From Bradyrhizobium sp. (GTDB lineage Bacteria > Pseudomonadota > Alphaproteobacteria > Rhizobiales > Xanthobacteraceae): a DNA stretch of 64,000 nucleotides. This document shows positions 27,886-39,029 of this stretch, one piece after another; the first letter of the stretch is position 1, and every line of letters starts with the position of its first letter. The notes beneath the pieces are model-generated. The model saw nothing but the letters and a program-made list of their open reading frames with translations, was not told the DNA's origin and searched no databases. The translations under genes and the position numbers were made by a program. The stretch is from the NCBI RefSeq assembly GCF_035484855.1, contig NZ_DATHOP010000154.1:50110-114109 (forward strand), written 5' to 3'.

Positions 27886-28496
27886 CAGAACTCGATGCCG
27901 GCCTGGGTCTTCACGCCGGCTGCAAAATGATGCTTCACCGCACCCATCTCGGTGACGAGATCGGCCGCCTCGATCAGCGCCGGCTTGGCGTTGCGGCCGG
28001 TGACGATCACATGCAGCCCGTCACGCCGCGCGGTCAGCCGCGCCACCACTTCATCGAGCGGCAGATAGTCGTAACGAAGCGCGATGTTGAGTTCGTCGAG
28101 CACGACGAGGCGGATGGCCGGATCGTCCATCAGGCCCAGCGCGATGCCCCAGGCGCGCTGGCAGGCGGCGATGTCGCGCGCCTTGTCCTGGGTCTCCCAC
28201 GTAAACCCCTCGCCGGCGGTGTGCCAGACCACGCGGTCGCCGAACGATTCGAGCGCGGCCTGCTCGCCGGTCGCCCTGCCCTTGATGAACTGCACCACGC
28301 CGACCCGCCAGCCATGACCGAGCGCCCGAAGCGCAAGGCCGAAGGCCGCCGTCGACTTGCCCTTGCCGGGGCCGGTGTTGACCATCAGCAGGCCTTTTTC
28401 GATCGACTTCGACGCCTCTTCGGCGTCCTGGACCTGCTTGCGCTTGACCATCTTGGCGCGATGGCGCTCGGCTTCGTCGGTGTCGGTCGGGCTCAT
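27885..28496 (-). CDS. cobO: Cob(I)yrinic acid a,c-diamide adenosyltransferase
   Basis: [39 protein letters not shown]. Confidence 0.95.
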   Translation of the reverse strand: MSPTDTDEAERHRAKMVKRKQVQDAEEASKSIEKGLLMVNTGPGKGKSTAAFGLALRALGHGWRVGVVQFIKGRATGEQAALESFGDRVVWHTAGEGFTWETQDKARDIAACQRAWGIALGLMDDPAIRLVVLDELNIALRYDYLPLDEVVARLTARRDGLHVIVTGRNAKPALIEAADLVTEMGAVKHHFAAGVKTQAGIEF

Positions 28497-28624
28497 GGTG
28501 TCCTGCAGTGTGGTTCCACGCTGGCGCCGACAGGACCACAGGGAGGCCGTCCCGGCAACCTGCCCGCGCTCTATCAGCCGCAAGGGTTGACTCCACCGGC
28601 TTTCCGGCTGATTGAATCGGATAG

Positions 28625-28820
28625 CCGATGGTGTCCAGTCTTCGGACCGGACTAAGAGGGAATACCGGGCGCGGCAAATTTCGGGACGTTCCCGGATTGG
28701 CGCGAAGCCGGAGCTGCCCCCGCAACTGTGAGCGGAAAGCCTGCACCTGATGCCACTGGGTCGTTGACCCGGGAAGGTGGTGCCGGCGTTGACCCGTGAG
28801 CCAGGAAACCTGCCGTCGCC
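28625..28820 (+). ncRNA. Cobalamin (B12) riboswitch
   Basis: GGT..., AAGAGGGAA, CTGCCCCCGCAACTGT, GCCACTG, GGGAAGG and the B12 box GAGCCAGGAAACCTGCC; upstream of DUF1636-cobW-cobN. Confidence 0.95.
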
Positions 28821-28931
28821 TGCCCTATTCGCCATTCCGGACGGGGCGTCCCGGAGTGAGGAGGTTGGTCGAACGGAGTGCAGGTCCGTTCGCCGCTTGT
28901 CTAGTCGCCGCCCTTCGGCGGCTTCTATCCG

Positions 28932-29396
28932 TTGACGGACTTCAAAGTGGACCAATCTGCGCTCGACCCGCCTCGCGACGAGGCCATTGTTGCATCCGAA
29001 GCTCCATCCGACATCGCGGTGACCATGCATGTCTGCGTCACCTGTCGTGGCCAGGATGTTGGCGGTGAAGACCGCGAAACCGCGCCGCGCGCCGGCCGCA
29101 GGCTGCATGACGCGCTGGCCGACGCGCAGCGCCGCGAGGGCGGCCCGCCCCGCTTTCGCATCGTCGAGGTCGAGTGCCTCTCCAACTGCAATCGCGGTTG
29201 CAGCGTCGCCCTCAGCGGACCGGGGCGCTGGACTTACGTTTATGGCGATCTCAGCCCGGCCCTGGTCGACGAGCTGCTCGCCGGCGCCGCGCGTTATGCG
29301 GTCACCGCTGACGGACTGGTGCCATGGCGGGAACGTCCGACGATCTTCCGCAAGGGCGTGATCGCGCGCATCCCGCCAGCCCCGAAGCCGGTTTAG
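28932..29396 (+). CDS. DUF1636 family metal-binding protein
   Basis: VCVTC, VECLSNCNRGC, WTYVYG, DGLVPWRERP..RKGVIARIPP; start uncertain. Confidence 0.85.
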   Translation: MTDFKVDQSALDPPRDEAIVASEAPSDIAVTMHVCVTCRGQDVGGEDRETAPRAGRRLHDALADAQRREGGPPRFRIVEVECLSNCNRGCSVALSGPGRWTYVYGDLSPALVDELLAGAARYAVTADGLVPWRERPTIFRKGVIARIPPAPKPV

Positions 29397-29407
29397 GAAA
29401 AATTCTC

Positions 29408-30439
29408 ATGTCGATCGAAAAAGTCCCCGTCACCATCATCACCGGCTTCCTCGGCGCGGGAAAGACCACGCTGGTGCGCCATCTGATGCAGAATCCGCAA
29501 GGGCGCCGGCTCGCGATCCTGGTCAACGAGTTCGGCGACCTCGGCATCGACGGCGAAATCCTGAAAAGTTGCGCCGACGCCAATTGCCCCGAGGATGCCA
29601 TCGTCGAGCTCACCAATGGCTGCCTGTGCTGCACGGTCGCCGACGATTTCATTCCAACCATCGCGGCGCTGCTAGCGCGGCCGCAGCCGCCCGAGCACAT
29701 CCTGATCGAAACCTCGGGGCTCGCGCTGCCAAAACCGCTGCTGAAGGCCTTCGAATGGCCAGACCTGCGATCGCGCATCACGGTCGACGGCGTGATTGCG
29801 GTTGCGGACGCCGAGGCGGTTGCCGATGGGCGCTTCGCGCCCGATCTCGCGGCCATCGCGCGGCAGCGGCTTGCCGACAGCAGCATCGATCACGACACCC
29901 CGCTCGGCGAAGTGTTCGAGGATCAGGTCGCCTGCGCCGACATCGTCATCCTCAACAAGGCCGACCTCGTCACTCCCGACCGTCTCGCGCAGGCGCGAAA
30001 GACCGTGCTGGCCGAGGCGCCGCGCAACATTCCAGTGCTGGACGTTATCGAAGGCCGCGTCGATCCGCGCGTCGTGCTCGGCCTCGGTGCGGCGGCAGAA
30101 AACGATCTCGACGCGCGGCCGAGCCATCACGAGGATCACGACGCCCATGATCACGACGATTTCGAGACCATCGTGGTGACGCTGCCATCAGACGCCAATG
30201 CCGAGACGATTGTGGCAAGGATGGAGATGATCGCGCGCGACCACAGCGTCTTGCGCGCCAAGGGTTATGTCGCCATCGCGGGGAAACCGATGCGATTGTT
30301 GGTGCAGGGCGTCGGCACCCGCGTGCGCGCGCAGTTCGACCGGCCTTGGCGCGCCGACGAAGAACGCATCTCGCGGATCGTCGTGATCGGCGAACGCGGC
30401 ATCGATCATGGCGCGATCACCGCTGTGCTGACGGGGTGA
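29408..30439 (+). CDS. cobW: Cobalamin biosynthesis GTPase/metallochaperone
   Basis: GFLGAGKTT, NEFG, GCLCC, ETSGLA, NKAD, His-rich HHEDHDAHDH. Confidence 0.96.
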   Translation: MSIEKVPVTIITGFLGAGKTTLVRHLMQNPQGRRLAILVNEFGDLGIDGEILKSCADANCPEDAIVELTNGCLCCTVADDFIPTIAALLARPQPPEHILIETSGLALPKPLLKAFEWPDLRSRITVDGVIAVADAEAVADGRFAPDLAAIARQRLADSSIDHDTPLGEVFEDQVACADIVILNKADLVTPDRLAQARKTVLAEAPRNIPVLDVIEGRVDPRVVLGLGAAAENDLDARPSHHEDHDAHDHDDFETIVVTLPSDANAETIVARMEMIARDHSVLRAKGYVAIAGKPMRLLVQGVGTRVRAQFDRPWRADEERISRIVVIGERGIDHGAITAVLTG

Positions 30440-30442
30440 CGC

Positions 30443-33400
30443 ATGCACATCCTGCTGCGGGAACGGCATGGATTTGAGGAGACCGCCGCCGCCGAGGATC
30501 TCGGCCAGGCGCCGGCGGACCTCGTCGTGCTGTCGTTTGCCGATAGCGATCTCAGCGCCTTCGCGGCGGCGTGGCGCGGCGGACGCGCGACGCTGCCCGG
30601 GCTGCGGCTGGCCAATTTGCGCCGCCTGACCCATCCGCTTTCGGTCGATCTCTACATCGAGAAGACCCTGTCGGGCGCCCGCGGCATTCTCATTCGCCTG
30701 CTCGGCGGCGTCGATTACTGGCGTTACGGCATCGAGCAGGTCAGCGCGATGGCGGCGGCCCAGGGAATAGCGCTGGCCGTCGTGCCCGGCGACGGCAGGC
30801 CCGATCCGCGGCTCGACGCGGCGTCGAACCTGCCGCCGTCGACGCTGCGCCGGCTGAAATCGCTCTGCGACAGCGGCGGCGCGGATAGCGCGCGCGCCGC
30901 GCTGGCGCAACTCGCGCTCGCTGCCGGCCTGCGGGCGGTGCCGCCGGTCGCCCGCGCAGGACTGGCGCGCCACGGCTTTTATGCTCCGGGCAAGGGTGTA
31001 ATCGAGCCAGCCGATCTCGACATTGCGGCCGGCGGCGCGGCGATCGTGCTGGTGGTGTTCTATCGCGCCATTCTCGCGGCCTCCGACACCGATCCGGTCG
31101 ATCGGCTGATCGGCGAATTTTCCCGCCGCGGCGTCAGGCCGATCGGCCTGTTTGCCACCAGCCTGAAAGATCCGGAAAGCGACGGCTGGTTGCGGCAATG
31201 GATCGGGAAAATCGCGCCTGACGTGATCATCAACGCGACCGCGTTTTCGGCGCGCGGCGATGGCGGCGCTGGCCCACCCTTCGATGTTGTCGATGCGCCC
31301 GTGTTGCAGGTGGCGCTTTCGGGCTCGACCCGTGAGCTGTGGGCCGAGGCCGACCGCGGGCTGTCGCCGTCCGACCTTGCGATCCACGTCGTGCTGCCGG
31401 AACTGGACGGCCGCCTGTTCGCCGGCGTCGCCTCGTTCAAGCAGGTCGAAACCACCGATCCCGAACTGGGCTACGCCCGCACGATTCATCGCGGCGACGA
31501 CGACCGCATCAGTGCCGTCGTCGGGCGCGCGCTGGCCTGGCTTTCGCTGCGGCGAACCGCGCACGCCGACAAGCGCGTTGCCGTCGTGCTGTCGGCCTAT
31601 CCGGGACGCGAGGACCAGATGGCGCACGCCGTCGGCCTCGACGCGCCCGAGAGCACCATCGAGGCACTGAATTTCCTCCGCGATGAAGGTTACGCGATCG
31701 CCAACCCACCGGTCGACGGCACAGCGCTGATCGACCGCCTGAAAGCAGAGGCCATCCGCTGGCCGCTGCAAAGCTACCGTGCCGCCCTCGCCGGCCTTGA
31801 CCCGGCGATGGTCGTCGACCTCGCGTTGCAATGGGGAACGCCGGAAAGCGACGGGGCATTCGACAACGGTGATTTCGTCTTCAAGGCGATCCATTGCGGG
31901 CATGCGCTGATTGCAGTGCAGCCGGAGCGCGGCCAGCGCGCCGATCGCGCCGCCGAATATCACGATCCCCGGCGATCGCCGCGGCACGCTTACGTCGCGT
32001 TCTATCTGTGGCTCCGTCATGCCGTCAAATGCGACGCGCTGATCCATATGGGCGCCCATGGCACGCTGGAATGGCTGCCGGGAAAATCGGTGGCGCTGTC
32101 GTCGGCGTGCTGGCCCGAGGCGTTGCTCGGTCCGACGCCCGTGATCTATCCCTTCATCGTCAACAATCCCGGCGAGGCTGCGGCCGCGAAACGCCGGCTC
32201 GGCGCCGTCACCATCGGACACATGACGCCGCCGATCAGTGCCGGCAAATTGCCCTCGGGACTGCACACGATCGAACGCCTGCTCGACGAATATTCCGTCG
32301 CCGAGGGCCTCGATCCCCGCCGGCGCGAGCGGCTGGCGCGCGCCATCATCGACACCGCAGCCGAATCCGGCCTCGATCGCGACAGCGGCCTTTCCGACAC
32401 GATGACGCCGCGCGAGGCCGTGGTACGGCTCGATAGTTTTGTCTGCGACGTCAAGACCACGCTGGTCGCCGACGGCCTCCACGTCTTCGGTCGCGTGCCG
32501 GTCGCGGATCAGGCCGCAATGCCGTTCGAAGCCTGCGCCTTGGGCGAACGCACCGCCCTGCTCGCCGCACTCGACGGCAAGCATGTCTCGCCGGGACCTG
32601 CGGGCTCACCATGGCGCGGACGGCGCGACGTGCTGCCGACGGGGCGCAATCTCTTCACCATCGACACCCGCGCGGTGCCAAGCCGCAGCGCCACCGAACA
32701 GGGCGAACGTCTCGCCGACGCCTTGCTAACCCGCCATCTGCAGGATCACGGCGACTATCCACGCAACGTCATGCTGGACCTCTGGGGCTCGGCGACCATG
32801 CGCACCGCCGGCGAGGAATTTTCTATGGCGCTGCGCCTGATGGGCGTGGCACCCGTGTGGGACACGACCTCAGACCGCGTCACCGGCTTCGACGTGATCA
32901 CGCTGGCCGTGCTCGGGCGGCCACGGATCGATGTAACGCTGCGTATTTCCGGCCTGTTCCGGGATGTGTTTTCGACCCTGCCAGTGATGTTCGAGCAAGC
33001 GGCGGCGGCCCTGGCCGCGCGCGACGAGCCGGATGAGGAAAATCCCTATCGTGCCGCCGCCGGCCCGCGCGTGTTCGGGCCCGCGCCCGGCGACTATGGT
33101 GTCGGCGTCGTCGAGACGGTCACCGAGTTTACGCCTGCAACAGCCGAGGACGTCGGCGAAGCCTGGCTCGCGGCCAGCGCCTTTGCCTATGGCGGCGCCC
33201 GGGACGGCATTGCCGCGCGTGCGGCGCTGGAAAAACGCACCGCCCTCAGCGATACGTTCGTCCACCCCCAGGATCTGCCCGAGACCGACCTCCTGACCGC
33301 GCCAGATTTTGCTGCGCACGAAGCCGGCTTCGCCGCTGCGTCGCGCAAACTCGGCGGCGCTACGCCCGCGCTTTACCACGCCGACACATCTAACCCCGAT

Positions 33401-33775
33401 GCGCCGCGCATGCGGACGCTGCCGGAGGAGATCGCGCGCGTGGTTCGCGGGCGTGCCGCCAACCGGCGCTGGCTCGAGGGCCAGATGCGGCACGGCTTTC
33501 GCGGCGCCGCCGAAATCGCCTCCACGCTCGACCAGATGGCGCTGTTTGCGCATCTGGCCGGCGCGGTCGCGAGCCATCACTTCGATCTGTATTACGGCGC
33601 AACGCTTGGCGACGACGAGGTGCGTCAGTTCATCGAACGGGCAAATCCGGAAGCAGCAGCCGCCATGCGGCAGCGCTTCCAGCAGATGCGGGACGCCGGC
33701 TATTGGACGACGCGGCGCAACAGCGCGGTCGAGACGATTGCGGTCGCATCGACCGGCGCGGGGGTTCGGTCATGA
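30443..33775 (+). CDS. cobN: Cobaltochelatase large subunit
   Basis: HMGAHGTLEWLPGK, NNPGE, DGLHVFG, LPTGRN, GRPRIDVTLRISGLFRD. Confidence 0.96.
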   Translation: MHILLRERHGFEETAAAEDLGQAPADLVVLSFADSDLSAFAAAWRGGRATLPGLRLANLRRLTHPLSVDLYIEKTLSGARGILIRLLGGVDYWRYGIEQVSAMAAAQGIALAVVPGDGRPDPRLDAASNLPPSTLRRLKSLCDSGGADSARAALAQLALAAGLRAVPPVARAGLARHGFYAPGKGVIEPADLDIAAGGAAIVLVVFYRAILAASDTDPVDRLIGEFSRRGVRPIGLFATSLKDPESDGWLRQWIGKIAPDVIINATAFSARGDGGAGPPFDVVDAPVLQVALSGSTRELWAEADRGLSPSDLAIHVVLPELDGRLFAGVASFKQVETTDPELGYARTIHRGDDDRISAVVGRALAWLSLRRTAHADKRVAVVLSAYPGREDQMAHAVGLDAPESTIEALNFLRDEGYAIANPPVDGTALIDRLKAEAIRWPLQSYRAALAGLDPAMVVDLALQWGTPESDGAFDNGDFVFKAIHCGHALIAVQPERGQRADRAAEYHDPRRSPRHAYVAFYLWLRHAVKCDALIHMGAHGTLEWLPGKSVALSSACWPEALLGPTPVIYPFIVNNPGEAAAAKRRLGAVTIGHMTPPISAGKLPSGLHTIERLLDEYSVAEGLDPRRRERLARAIIDTAAESGLDRDSGLSDTMTPREAVVRLDSFVCDVKTTLVADGLHVFGRVPVADQAAMPFEACALGERTALLAALDGKHVSPGPAGSPWRGRRDVLPTGRNLFTIDTRAVPSRSATEQGERLADALLTRHLQDHGDYPRNVMLDLWGSATMRTAGEEFSMALRLMGVAPVWDTTSDRVTGFDVITLAVLGRPRIDVTLRISGLFRDVFSTLPVMFEQAAAALAARDEPDEENPYRAAAGPRVFGPAPGDYGVGVVETVTEFTPATAEDVGEAWLAASAFAYGGARDGIAARAALEKRTALSDTFVHPQDLPETDLLTAPDFAAHEAGFAAASRKLGGATPALYHADTSNPDAPRMRTLPEEIARVVRGRAANRRWLEGQMRHGFRGAAEIASTLDQMALFAHLAGAVASHHFDLYYGATLGDDEVRQFIERANPEAAAAMRQRFQQMRDAGYWTTRRNSAVETIAVASTGAGVRS

Positions 33776-34401
33776 GTTACGCCTACGAAAAGGACGGCGC
33801 CGCGATCTACCGCCGCTCGTTTGCGGTCATCCGCGCCGAGGCGAAGCTGGACCACCTCGCTGCCGCCGATGAAAAGGTCGTCGTGCGCATCATCCATGCC
33901 AGCGGCATGGTCGATATCGTCGACGACATCGTGTTTTCGAAGGCGTTCAGTGCCGCCGCCGCGGCGGCATTGCGTGCCGGCGCGCCGATCTTTTGCGATG
34001 CCCAGATGGTGGCGCATGGCATTACGCGAACGCGGCTGCCGGCCGACAATGCCGTGATCTGCATGCTGTCCGACCCGCGCGTGCCGTCGCTTGCCGCAGC
34101 CCACGACACGACCCGGAGTGCCGCGGCGGTAGATCTGTGGCGGAAGCAATTGGCGGGATCAGTCGTGGTGATCGGCAATGCGCCGACCGCGCTGTTCCGC
34201 CTGCTCGAAATCCTTGATGAACCCGGCGTCGCGCCGCCGGCCGCGGTGATCGGCATGCCCGTGGGATTCGTGGGCGCCGCCGAATCCAAGGAGGCGCTGC
34301 GCGCCTGTGAACGCGTGCCAAGCGTCATCGTGCGCGGCCGGCGCGGCGGCAGCGCCATGGCGGCCGCCGCCCTTAATGCAGTTGCGAGCGAAACCGAATG
34401 A
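33772..34401 (+). CDS. cobH: Precorrin-8X methylmutase
   Basis: IYRRSF, R.IHA, TRSAAA, IGNAPTALF, PVGFVGAAESK, GGSAMAAAALN. Confidence 0.95.
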   Translation: MSYAYEKDGAAIYRRSFAVIRAEAKLDHLAAADEKVVVRIIHASGMVDIVDDIVFSKAFSAAAAAALRAGAPIFCDAQMVAHGITRTRLPADNAVICMLSDPRVPSLAAAHDTTRSAAAVDLWRKQLAGSVVVIGNAPTALFRLLEILDEPGVAPPAAVIGMPVGFVGAAESKEALRACERVPSVIVRGRRGGSAMAAAALNAVASETE

Positions 34402-35129
34402 GCGCGCCAGCCATCATCTACGGCATCGGCCTCGGCCCCGGCGATCCGGAGTTAATCAGCGTCAAAGCTGCGCGGCTGATCGCGAGCACCGGCGTGATCG
34501 CTCATTTCCGAAAGCCCGGACGGCCCGGCAACGCCCGCACTTTGGTTGAGGGCATGCTCGCACCCGGGGTGATCGAGGAAGCCCTGGAATATCCCGTCAC
34601 CACCGAGATCGCGCTGGAAGACCCGGCCTATGGCGACACGCTGCGATCCTTCTACGACGATTGCGTGCGGCGGCTGCTGGCCCATGTCACTGAGGGTCGC
34701 GACGTCGCCGTGCTCTGCGAGGGCGATCCATTCCTCTATGGCTCCTTCATGCATCTGCACAGCCGTCTCACCGGCCGCGCGCCGATCGTGGTGGTGCCCG
34801 GCATTTCCGGCATGTCCGGCTGCTGGACCGCTAGCGGCGTGCCCATTACCTTTGGCGACGACGTGCTGACCGTGGTGCCGGCGACGCTGGACGAGGCGAG
34901 CCTGCGCGAACGCCTGCGGTCGATCGATGCGCTGGTCGTGATGAAGCTCGGCCGCAATCTGCCAAAGGTGCGCCGCGCGCTGTGCGCCGCGGGTCTTACG
35001 GAGCGGGCCGTCTATGTCGAGCGCGGCACCATGGCCGGCGAAAAGGTGATGCGGCTCGCCGACAAGACCGACGACGAGGCGCCCTATTTCTCAATGATAC
35101 TGGTCCACGGCCGCGGGCGGCGGCCATGA
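34398..35129 (+). CDS. cobI: Precorrin-2 C20-methyltransferase
   Basis: GIGLGPGDPEL, CEGDPFLYGSF, PYFS. Confidence 0.94.
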   Translation: MSAPAIIYGIGLGPGDPELISVKAARLIASTGVIAHFRKPGRPGNARTLVEGMLAPGVIEEALEYPVTTEIALEDPAYGDTLRSFYDDCVRRLLAHVTEGRDVAVLCEGDPFLYGSFMHLHSRLTGRAPIVVVPGISGMSGCWTASGVPITFGDDVLTVVPATLDEASLRERLRSIDALVVMKLGRNLPKVRRALCAAGLTERAVYVERGTMAGEKVMRLADKTDDEAPYFSMILVHGRGRRP

Positions 35130-35887
35130 GCGGCTGGCTCGCCATCGCCGGCCTCGGGCCGGGAGCTGCGCAGCTGATCACGCCGGAGGTGACGCAGGCG
35201 CTCTCCGAGGCCTCCGATCTCGTCGGCTATGGACCCTATGTCGCGCGCGTGCCGGCGCGCCCCGGTTTGACTTGCCACGGCTCCGACAATCGCGAGGAGC
35301 TCGATCGCGCTAGTCTCGCGCTACGGCTCGCGGCACAGGGCAAACGAGTCGTTGTGGTCTCCTCGGGCGACCCCGGCGTGTTCGCGATGGCGGCCGCCGT
35401 GTTCGAGGCGATCGATGCCGGCGATCCCGCATGGCGCGATCTCGACATCCGGGTGCTGCCCGGCATTAGCGCGATGTTCGCCGCCGCAGCGCGGATTGGC
35501 GCCCCGCTCGGGCATGATTTCTGTGCCATCAACCTGTCGGACAATCTGAAACCGTGGGAGCTGATCGAGCGCCGGCTGCGGCTGGCGGCGCAGGCTGGTT
35601 TCGTGATTGCGCTCTACAATCCGCTTTCGAAAGCGCGCCCCTGGCAGCTCGGCCGCGCCTTGGAGCTGCTGCGCGGGGAATTGCCTGATAGCGTTCCCGT
35701 GATATTCGCAAGCGCCGTCAGCGATGCCGGGGAGACGATCGATACGACGACGTTGCGTGATGCGATGGCCGATCGAGCCGATATGCGCACGCTGGTGCTG
35801 ATCGGGTCGTCGCAGACGCGGCTGATCGCGCGCTCCGGCCGCCCCGCTTTCGTTTATACGCCACGCTCGGCCGGAGCTGCATCATGA
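35126..35887 (+). CDS. cobJ: Precorrin-3B C17-methyltransferase
   Basis: SSGDPGVFAMA, GAPLGHDFC.INLSD.LKPW, LYNP, YTPR. Confidence 0.94.
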   Translation: MSGWLAIAGLGPGAAQLITPEVTQALSEASDLVGYGPYVARVPARPGLTCHGSDNREELDRASLALRLAAQGKRVVVVSSGDPGVFAMAAAVFEAIDAGDPAWRDLDIRVLPGISAMFAAAARIGAPLGHDFCAINLSDNLKPWELIERRLRLAAQAGFVIALYNPLSKARPWQLGRALELLRGELPDSVPVIFASAVSDAGETIDTTTLRDAMADRADMRTLVLIGSSQTRLIARSGRPAFVYTPRSAGAAS

Positions 35888-36636
35888 CCGAGCCAATGCA
35901 GCACCTCGTCGACGGTCTCGACTTTTTGCCGCGCCGGGACAAAAGGCCGGCGGATCATTATCACCGGCAGCGCCAGTTCGCGCGCAACGTCGATTTTCGC
36001 CGAAACCTGATTGCCGCCGGCGTTCTTGGCCACGATCATGTCGGCGCAAAATTTCGTCAGCATGGCGCGCTCGCCGGCGCGGTCGAACGGTCCGCGCGCC
36101 ACCACCATTTCGGCATCGCGCAACGGCAACGGCGCGCGCGGCGGATCGACCAGCCGGACCAGATAAGCGTGCTGTGGATGCGGGGCGAATGCCGCAAGAT
36201 GCTGCCGCCCGATGCCGAGAAACACCCGACGCGGCGCGGCGCCGAGGGCTGCGGCCGCAGCCCCGATATCGTCGACCTCGATCCAGCGGTCGCCGGCGAC
36301 CGCCTGCCAGGGCGGGCGCTCCAGCGCCAGCAACGGCACATTGGCGGCGGCGCAGGCGGCAATCGCATGCGAGCTCATTTGCGCGGCGAAGGGATGCGTG
36401 GCGTCAACGACGCGCGCGATGTTTTCGGCCATGAGGTAATGTTTCAGGCCGTCGATGCCGCCGAACCCGCCGACGCGCCAGGCAATCGGAGGTTTCGCCG
36501 GATTTTCGGTGCGGCCGGCATAGGACAATACCGCGTAGATGCGGGGATCTTTTGCCACCACTTGCGCGAGCCGGTTGGCCTCGGCCGTGCCGCCGAGGAT
36601 CAGCACGCGCAATCGTGTCGCCAGGGAGGATGTCAT
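35854..36636 (-). CDS. cobK: Precorrin-6A reductase
   Basis: LILGGTAEA, GGFGG, VDATHPFA, RGPF, KNAGG, IRRP. Confidence 0.94.
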   Translation of the reverse strand: MTSSLATRLRVLILGGTAEANRLAQVVAKDPRIYAVLSYAGRTENPAKPPIAWRVGGFGGIDGLKHYLMAENIARVVDATHPFAAQMSSHAIAACAAANVPLLALERPPWQAVAGDRWIEVDDIGAAAAALGAAPRRVFLGIGRQHLAAFAPHPQHAYLVRLVDPPRAPLPLRDAEMVVARGPFDRAGERAMLTKFCADMIVAKNAGGNQVSAKIDVARELALPVIMIRRPFVPARQKVETVDEVLHWLGHDAAPAERGV

Positions 36637-36652
36637 GGCGGGCAGCGATGAC

Positions 36653-37858
36653 ATGCCGGCGCCCTGGTTGTCCATTGTCGGGATCGGCGAGGACGGGCTC
36701 GACGGGCTGTCGGCGGCGGCGCGCGAACGGCTCGCGGGCGCGGAACTGGTCGCCGGCGGGGCACGGCATTTGGCGCTGGTGGCATCCCTGGGCAAGCCGA
36801 CGCTGGCCTGGGAGAGCCCGTTCGCCGCCTCGATCCCAATGCTGCTCAGGCATCGCGGCAAACGCGTGGTCGCGCTGTGCTCGGGCGACCCGTTCTGGTA
36901 CGGCGCGGGTTCGGTGATCGCCGACGCCATCCCGGCGGCCGAGACGACCGTGGTGCCGGCGCCGTCGAGTTTCGCGTGGGCCGCTTCGCGGCTGCGCTGG
37001 CGGCTGGAAGAAACCGTCACGCTCGGCCTGCACGCACGACCGCTGGCCTTGCTGCGCCCGCATTTGCGGACCGGTGCACGCCTGATCGTGTTGCTGCGCG
37101 ACGGCGCAGCAGCGGCACAGGTCGCGGCCTATCTCAGCGGATTGGGCTTTGGGCCATCGCGCCTCACCATACTCGAAACGCTTGGCGGCCCGCGCGAGCG
37201 CATCCGCACCGCGACGGCCGCGGCGTTCGTCTTTGACGATGTCAACGCCCCGGTGGCGATCGCGATCGAGGCCGTCGCGGCGCCCGGCGCACACGTCATC
37301 CCGCGCGTGGTCGGATTGCCGGATGAATTATTCGCCCATGACGGTCAACTGACAAAACGCGAGATTCGCGCGGTCAGCCTGTCGACGCTGGCGCCACGCG
37401 GTGGCGAATTGTTGTGGGATGTCGGCGCGGGCGCAGGCTCCATCGGCATCGAATGGCTGCTCGCCCATCCCGCCAATCGCGCCATCGGCATCGAGGCGCG
37501 CGAGGACCGGCTGCAAAATGCCCGCGCCAATGCGGATTCACTCGGCGTGCCACATCTCGATCTCCGGCTTGGCACCGCGCCCGATGCGCTGAAAGGGCTG
37601 CCGACGCCGGACGCGGTATTCGTCGGCGGTGGCGCCAGCCGGGACGGCGTGCTCGATGCGGCATGGCAGGCGTTGCCGCCAGGCGGGCGGCTGGTGGTCA
37701 ATTCCGTGACATTGGAAACCGAGGCGATCCTGATCGGCTGGCAGGCCCGCCATGGCGGCGCCTTGCTGCGGCTGTCGATCGAGCGCGCCGACCCGGTCGG
37801 CGGCCTCACCGGCTGGCGTCCGGCGATGCCGGTGGTGCAATGGAGCGTGACCAAATGA
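36653..37858 (+). CDS. cobL: Precorrin-6Y C5,15-methyltransferase (decarboxylating), CbiE-CbiT fusion
   Basis: VGIGEDG, SGDPFWYG, GQLTKREIRA, WDVGAGAGSIGIEW, FVGGG; alternative start at 36635. Confidence 0.94.
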   Translation: MPAPWLSIVGIGEDGLDGLSAAARERLAGAELVAGGARHLALVASLGKPTLAWESPFAASIPMLLRHRGKRVVALCSGDPFWYGAGSVIADAIPAAETTVVPAPSSFAWAASRLRWRLEETVTLGLHARPLALLRPHLRTGARLIVLLRDGAAAAQVAAYLSGLGFGPSRLTILETLGGPRERIRTATAAAFVFDDVNAPVAIAIEAVAAPGAHVIPRVVGLPDELFAHDGQLTKREIRAVSLSTLAPRGGELLWDVGAGAGSIGIEWLLAHPANRAIGIEAREDRLQNARANADSLGVPHLDLRLGTAPDALKGLPTPDAVFVGGGASRDGVLDAAWQALPPGGRLVVNSVTLETEAILIGWQARHGGALLRLSIERADPVGGLTGWRPAMPVVQWSVTK

Positions 37859-38253
37859 GCCGGCTGGTCATAGGCGTGGGTTTTCGCGACGAGGCCAGCG
37901 CCCGGTCGATTGGCGAAGTCGTGACCAACGCCAGCGCCCAGGCCGCCATGCCGGGCGCGGCGAGCCTGCTTGCCGTGCTCGAAGACAAGGCCGCGCATCC
38001 CGGCCTGATTGCGGCGGCGCAAACCGCGCAGCTTGCGATCGAGACGGTCGCCGCGGGGGCGATCGGCGTGGCCGATGCACACGTCGCCACGCGATCGGCG
38101 CAGGTGAAGAAATATCGCGGCGTCGGCAGCGTTTGCGAAGCGACCGCGCTCGCCGCCGCCGGCGAAGGCGCGCGCCTCGTCGTCACCCGGATCGTATCGG
38201 CCGATCGAACGGCTACCGCCGCCGTCGCCCTTGTCGAGGATAGAGCGCCATGA
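37855..38253 (+). CDS. cobE: Cobalamin biosynthesis protein CobE / CbiG C-terminal-like
   Basis: [26 protein letters not shown]. Confidence 0.8.
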   Translation: MSRLVIGVGFRDEASARSIGEVVTNASAQAAMPGAASLLAVLEDKAAHPGLIAAAQTAQLAIETVAAGAIGVADAHVATRSAQVKKYRGVGSVCEATALAAAGEGARLVVTRIVSADRTATAAVALVEDRAP

Positions 38254-39029
38254 CCGTCCATTTCATCGGCGCTGGCCCCGGCGCGCCCGATCTCATCACC
38301 GTGCGTGGCCAAAATCTGGTGGCGCGCTGTCCGGTGTGCCTGTTTGCGGGATCGCTGGTGCCGCGCGAAATCATCGCGCTGTGCCCACCCGGCGCACGGG
38401 TAGTCGACACCGCGCCGCTCGACCTCGACGCGATCACCGGCGAATTCGTTGCAGCGAATGACGTTGGCCTCGACGTGGCACGGCTGCATTCCGGCGATCT
38501 CTCGGTGTGGAGCGCGATGGGCGAGCAGATCCGAAGGCTCGAAAGCCACGGCATTCCCTACACCGTCACGCCGGGCGTGCCCTCCTTCGCCGCCGCCGCC
38601 GCCGTGCTCGGACGCGAACTAACCCTACCGGGCGTGGCGCAAACCGTGGTGCTGACCCGAACCTCCGGCCGCGCCTCGGCGATGCCGGCGGGAGAAAGCC
38701 TTGCCGTCTACGCCTCAACCGGCGCGACGCTGGCGATCCATCTGTCGATCCATGTGCTCGACGAGGTGACGGCGACACTGATGCCGCATTACGGCGCCGA
38801 CGGCGCCGCAGCCGTGGTGGTGCGCGCGAGCTGGCCGGAGCAGTTGATCATTCGCGGCGCGCTGTCGACCATCGCCGCCAAGGTGCGGGCCGCAAACGTC
38901 GAGCGCACCGCGCTGATCCTGGTCGGACCGGCGCTCGCCGCGCAGGATTTCGCCGACAGCGCTCTGTATGATGCAAATTACGATCGCCGGTTCCGGCCGT
39001 CAGCGGAGGACAGGCGTGGCGGGCAATAA
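38250..39029 (+). CDS. cobM: Precorrin-4 C11-methyltransferase
   Basis: [33 protein letters not shown]. Confidence 0.95.
   Translation: MTVHFIGAGPGAPDLITVRGQNLVARCPVCLFAGSLVPREIIALCPPGARVVDTAPLDLDAITGEFVAANDVGLDVARLHSGDLSVWSAMGEQIRRLESHGIPYTVTPGVPSFAAAAAVLGRELTLPGVAQTVVLTRTSGRASAMPAGESLAVYASTGATLAIHLSIHVLDEVTATLMPHYGADGAAAVVVRASWPEQLIIRGALSTIAAKVRAANVERTALILVGPALAAQDFADSALYDANYDRRFRPSAEDRRGGQ

Noticed and set aside
30188-32584. Long antisense ORFs (798 aa here; also 4699-6567, 45430-46932, 57508-59034)
   Set aside because: Shadow or alternate frames of well-supported high-GC genes with no family motifs
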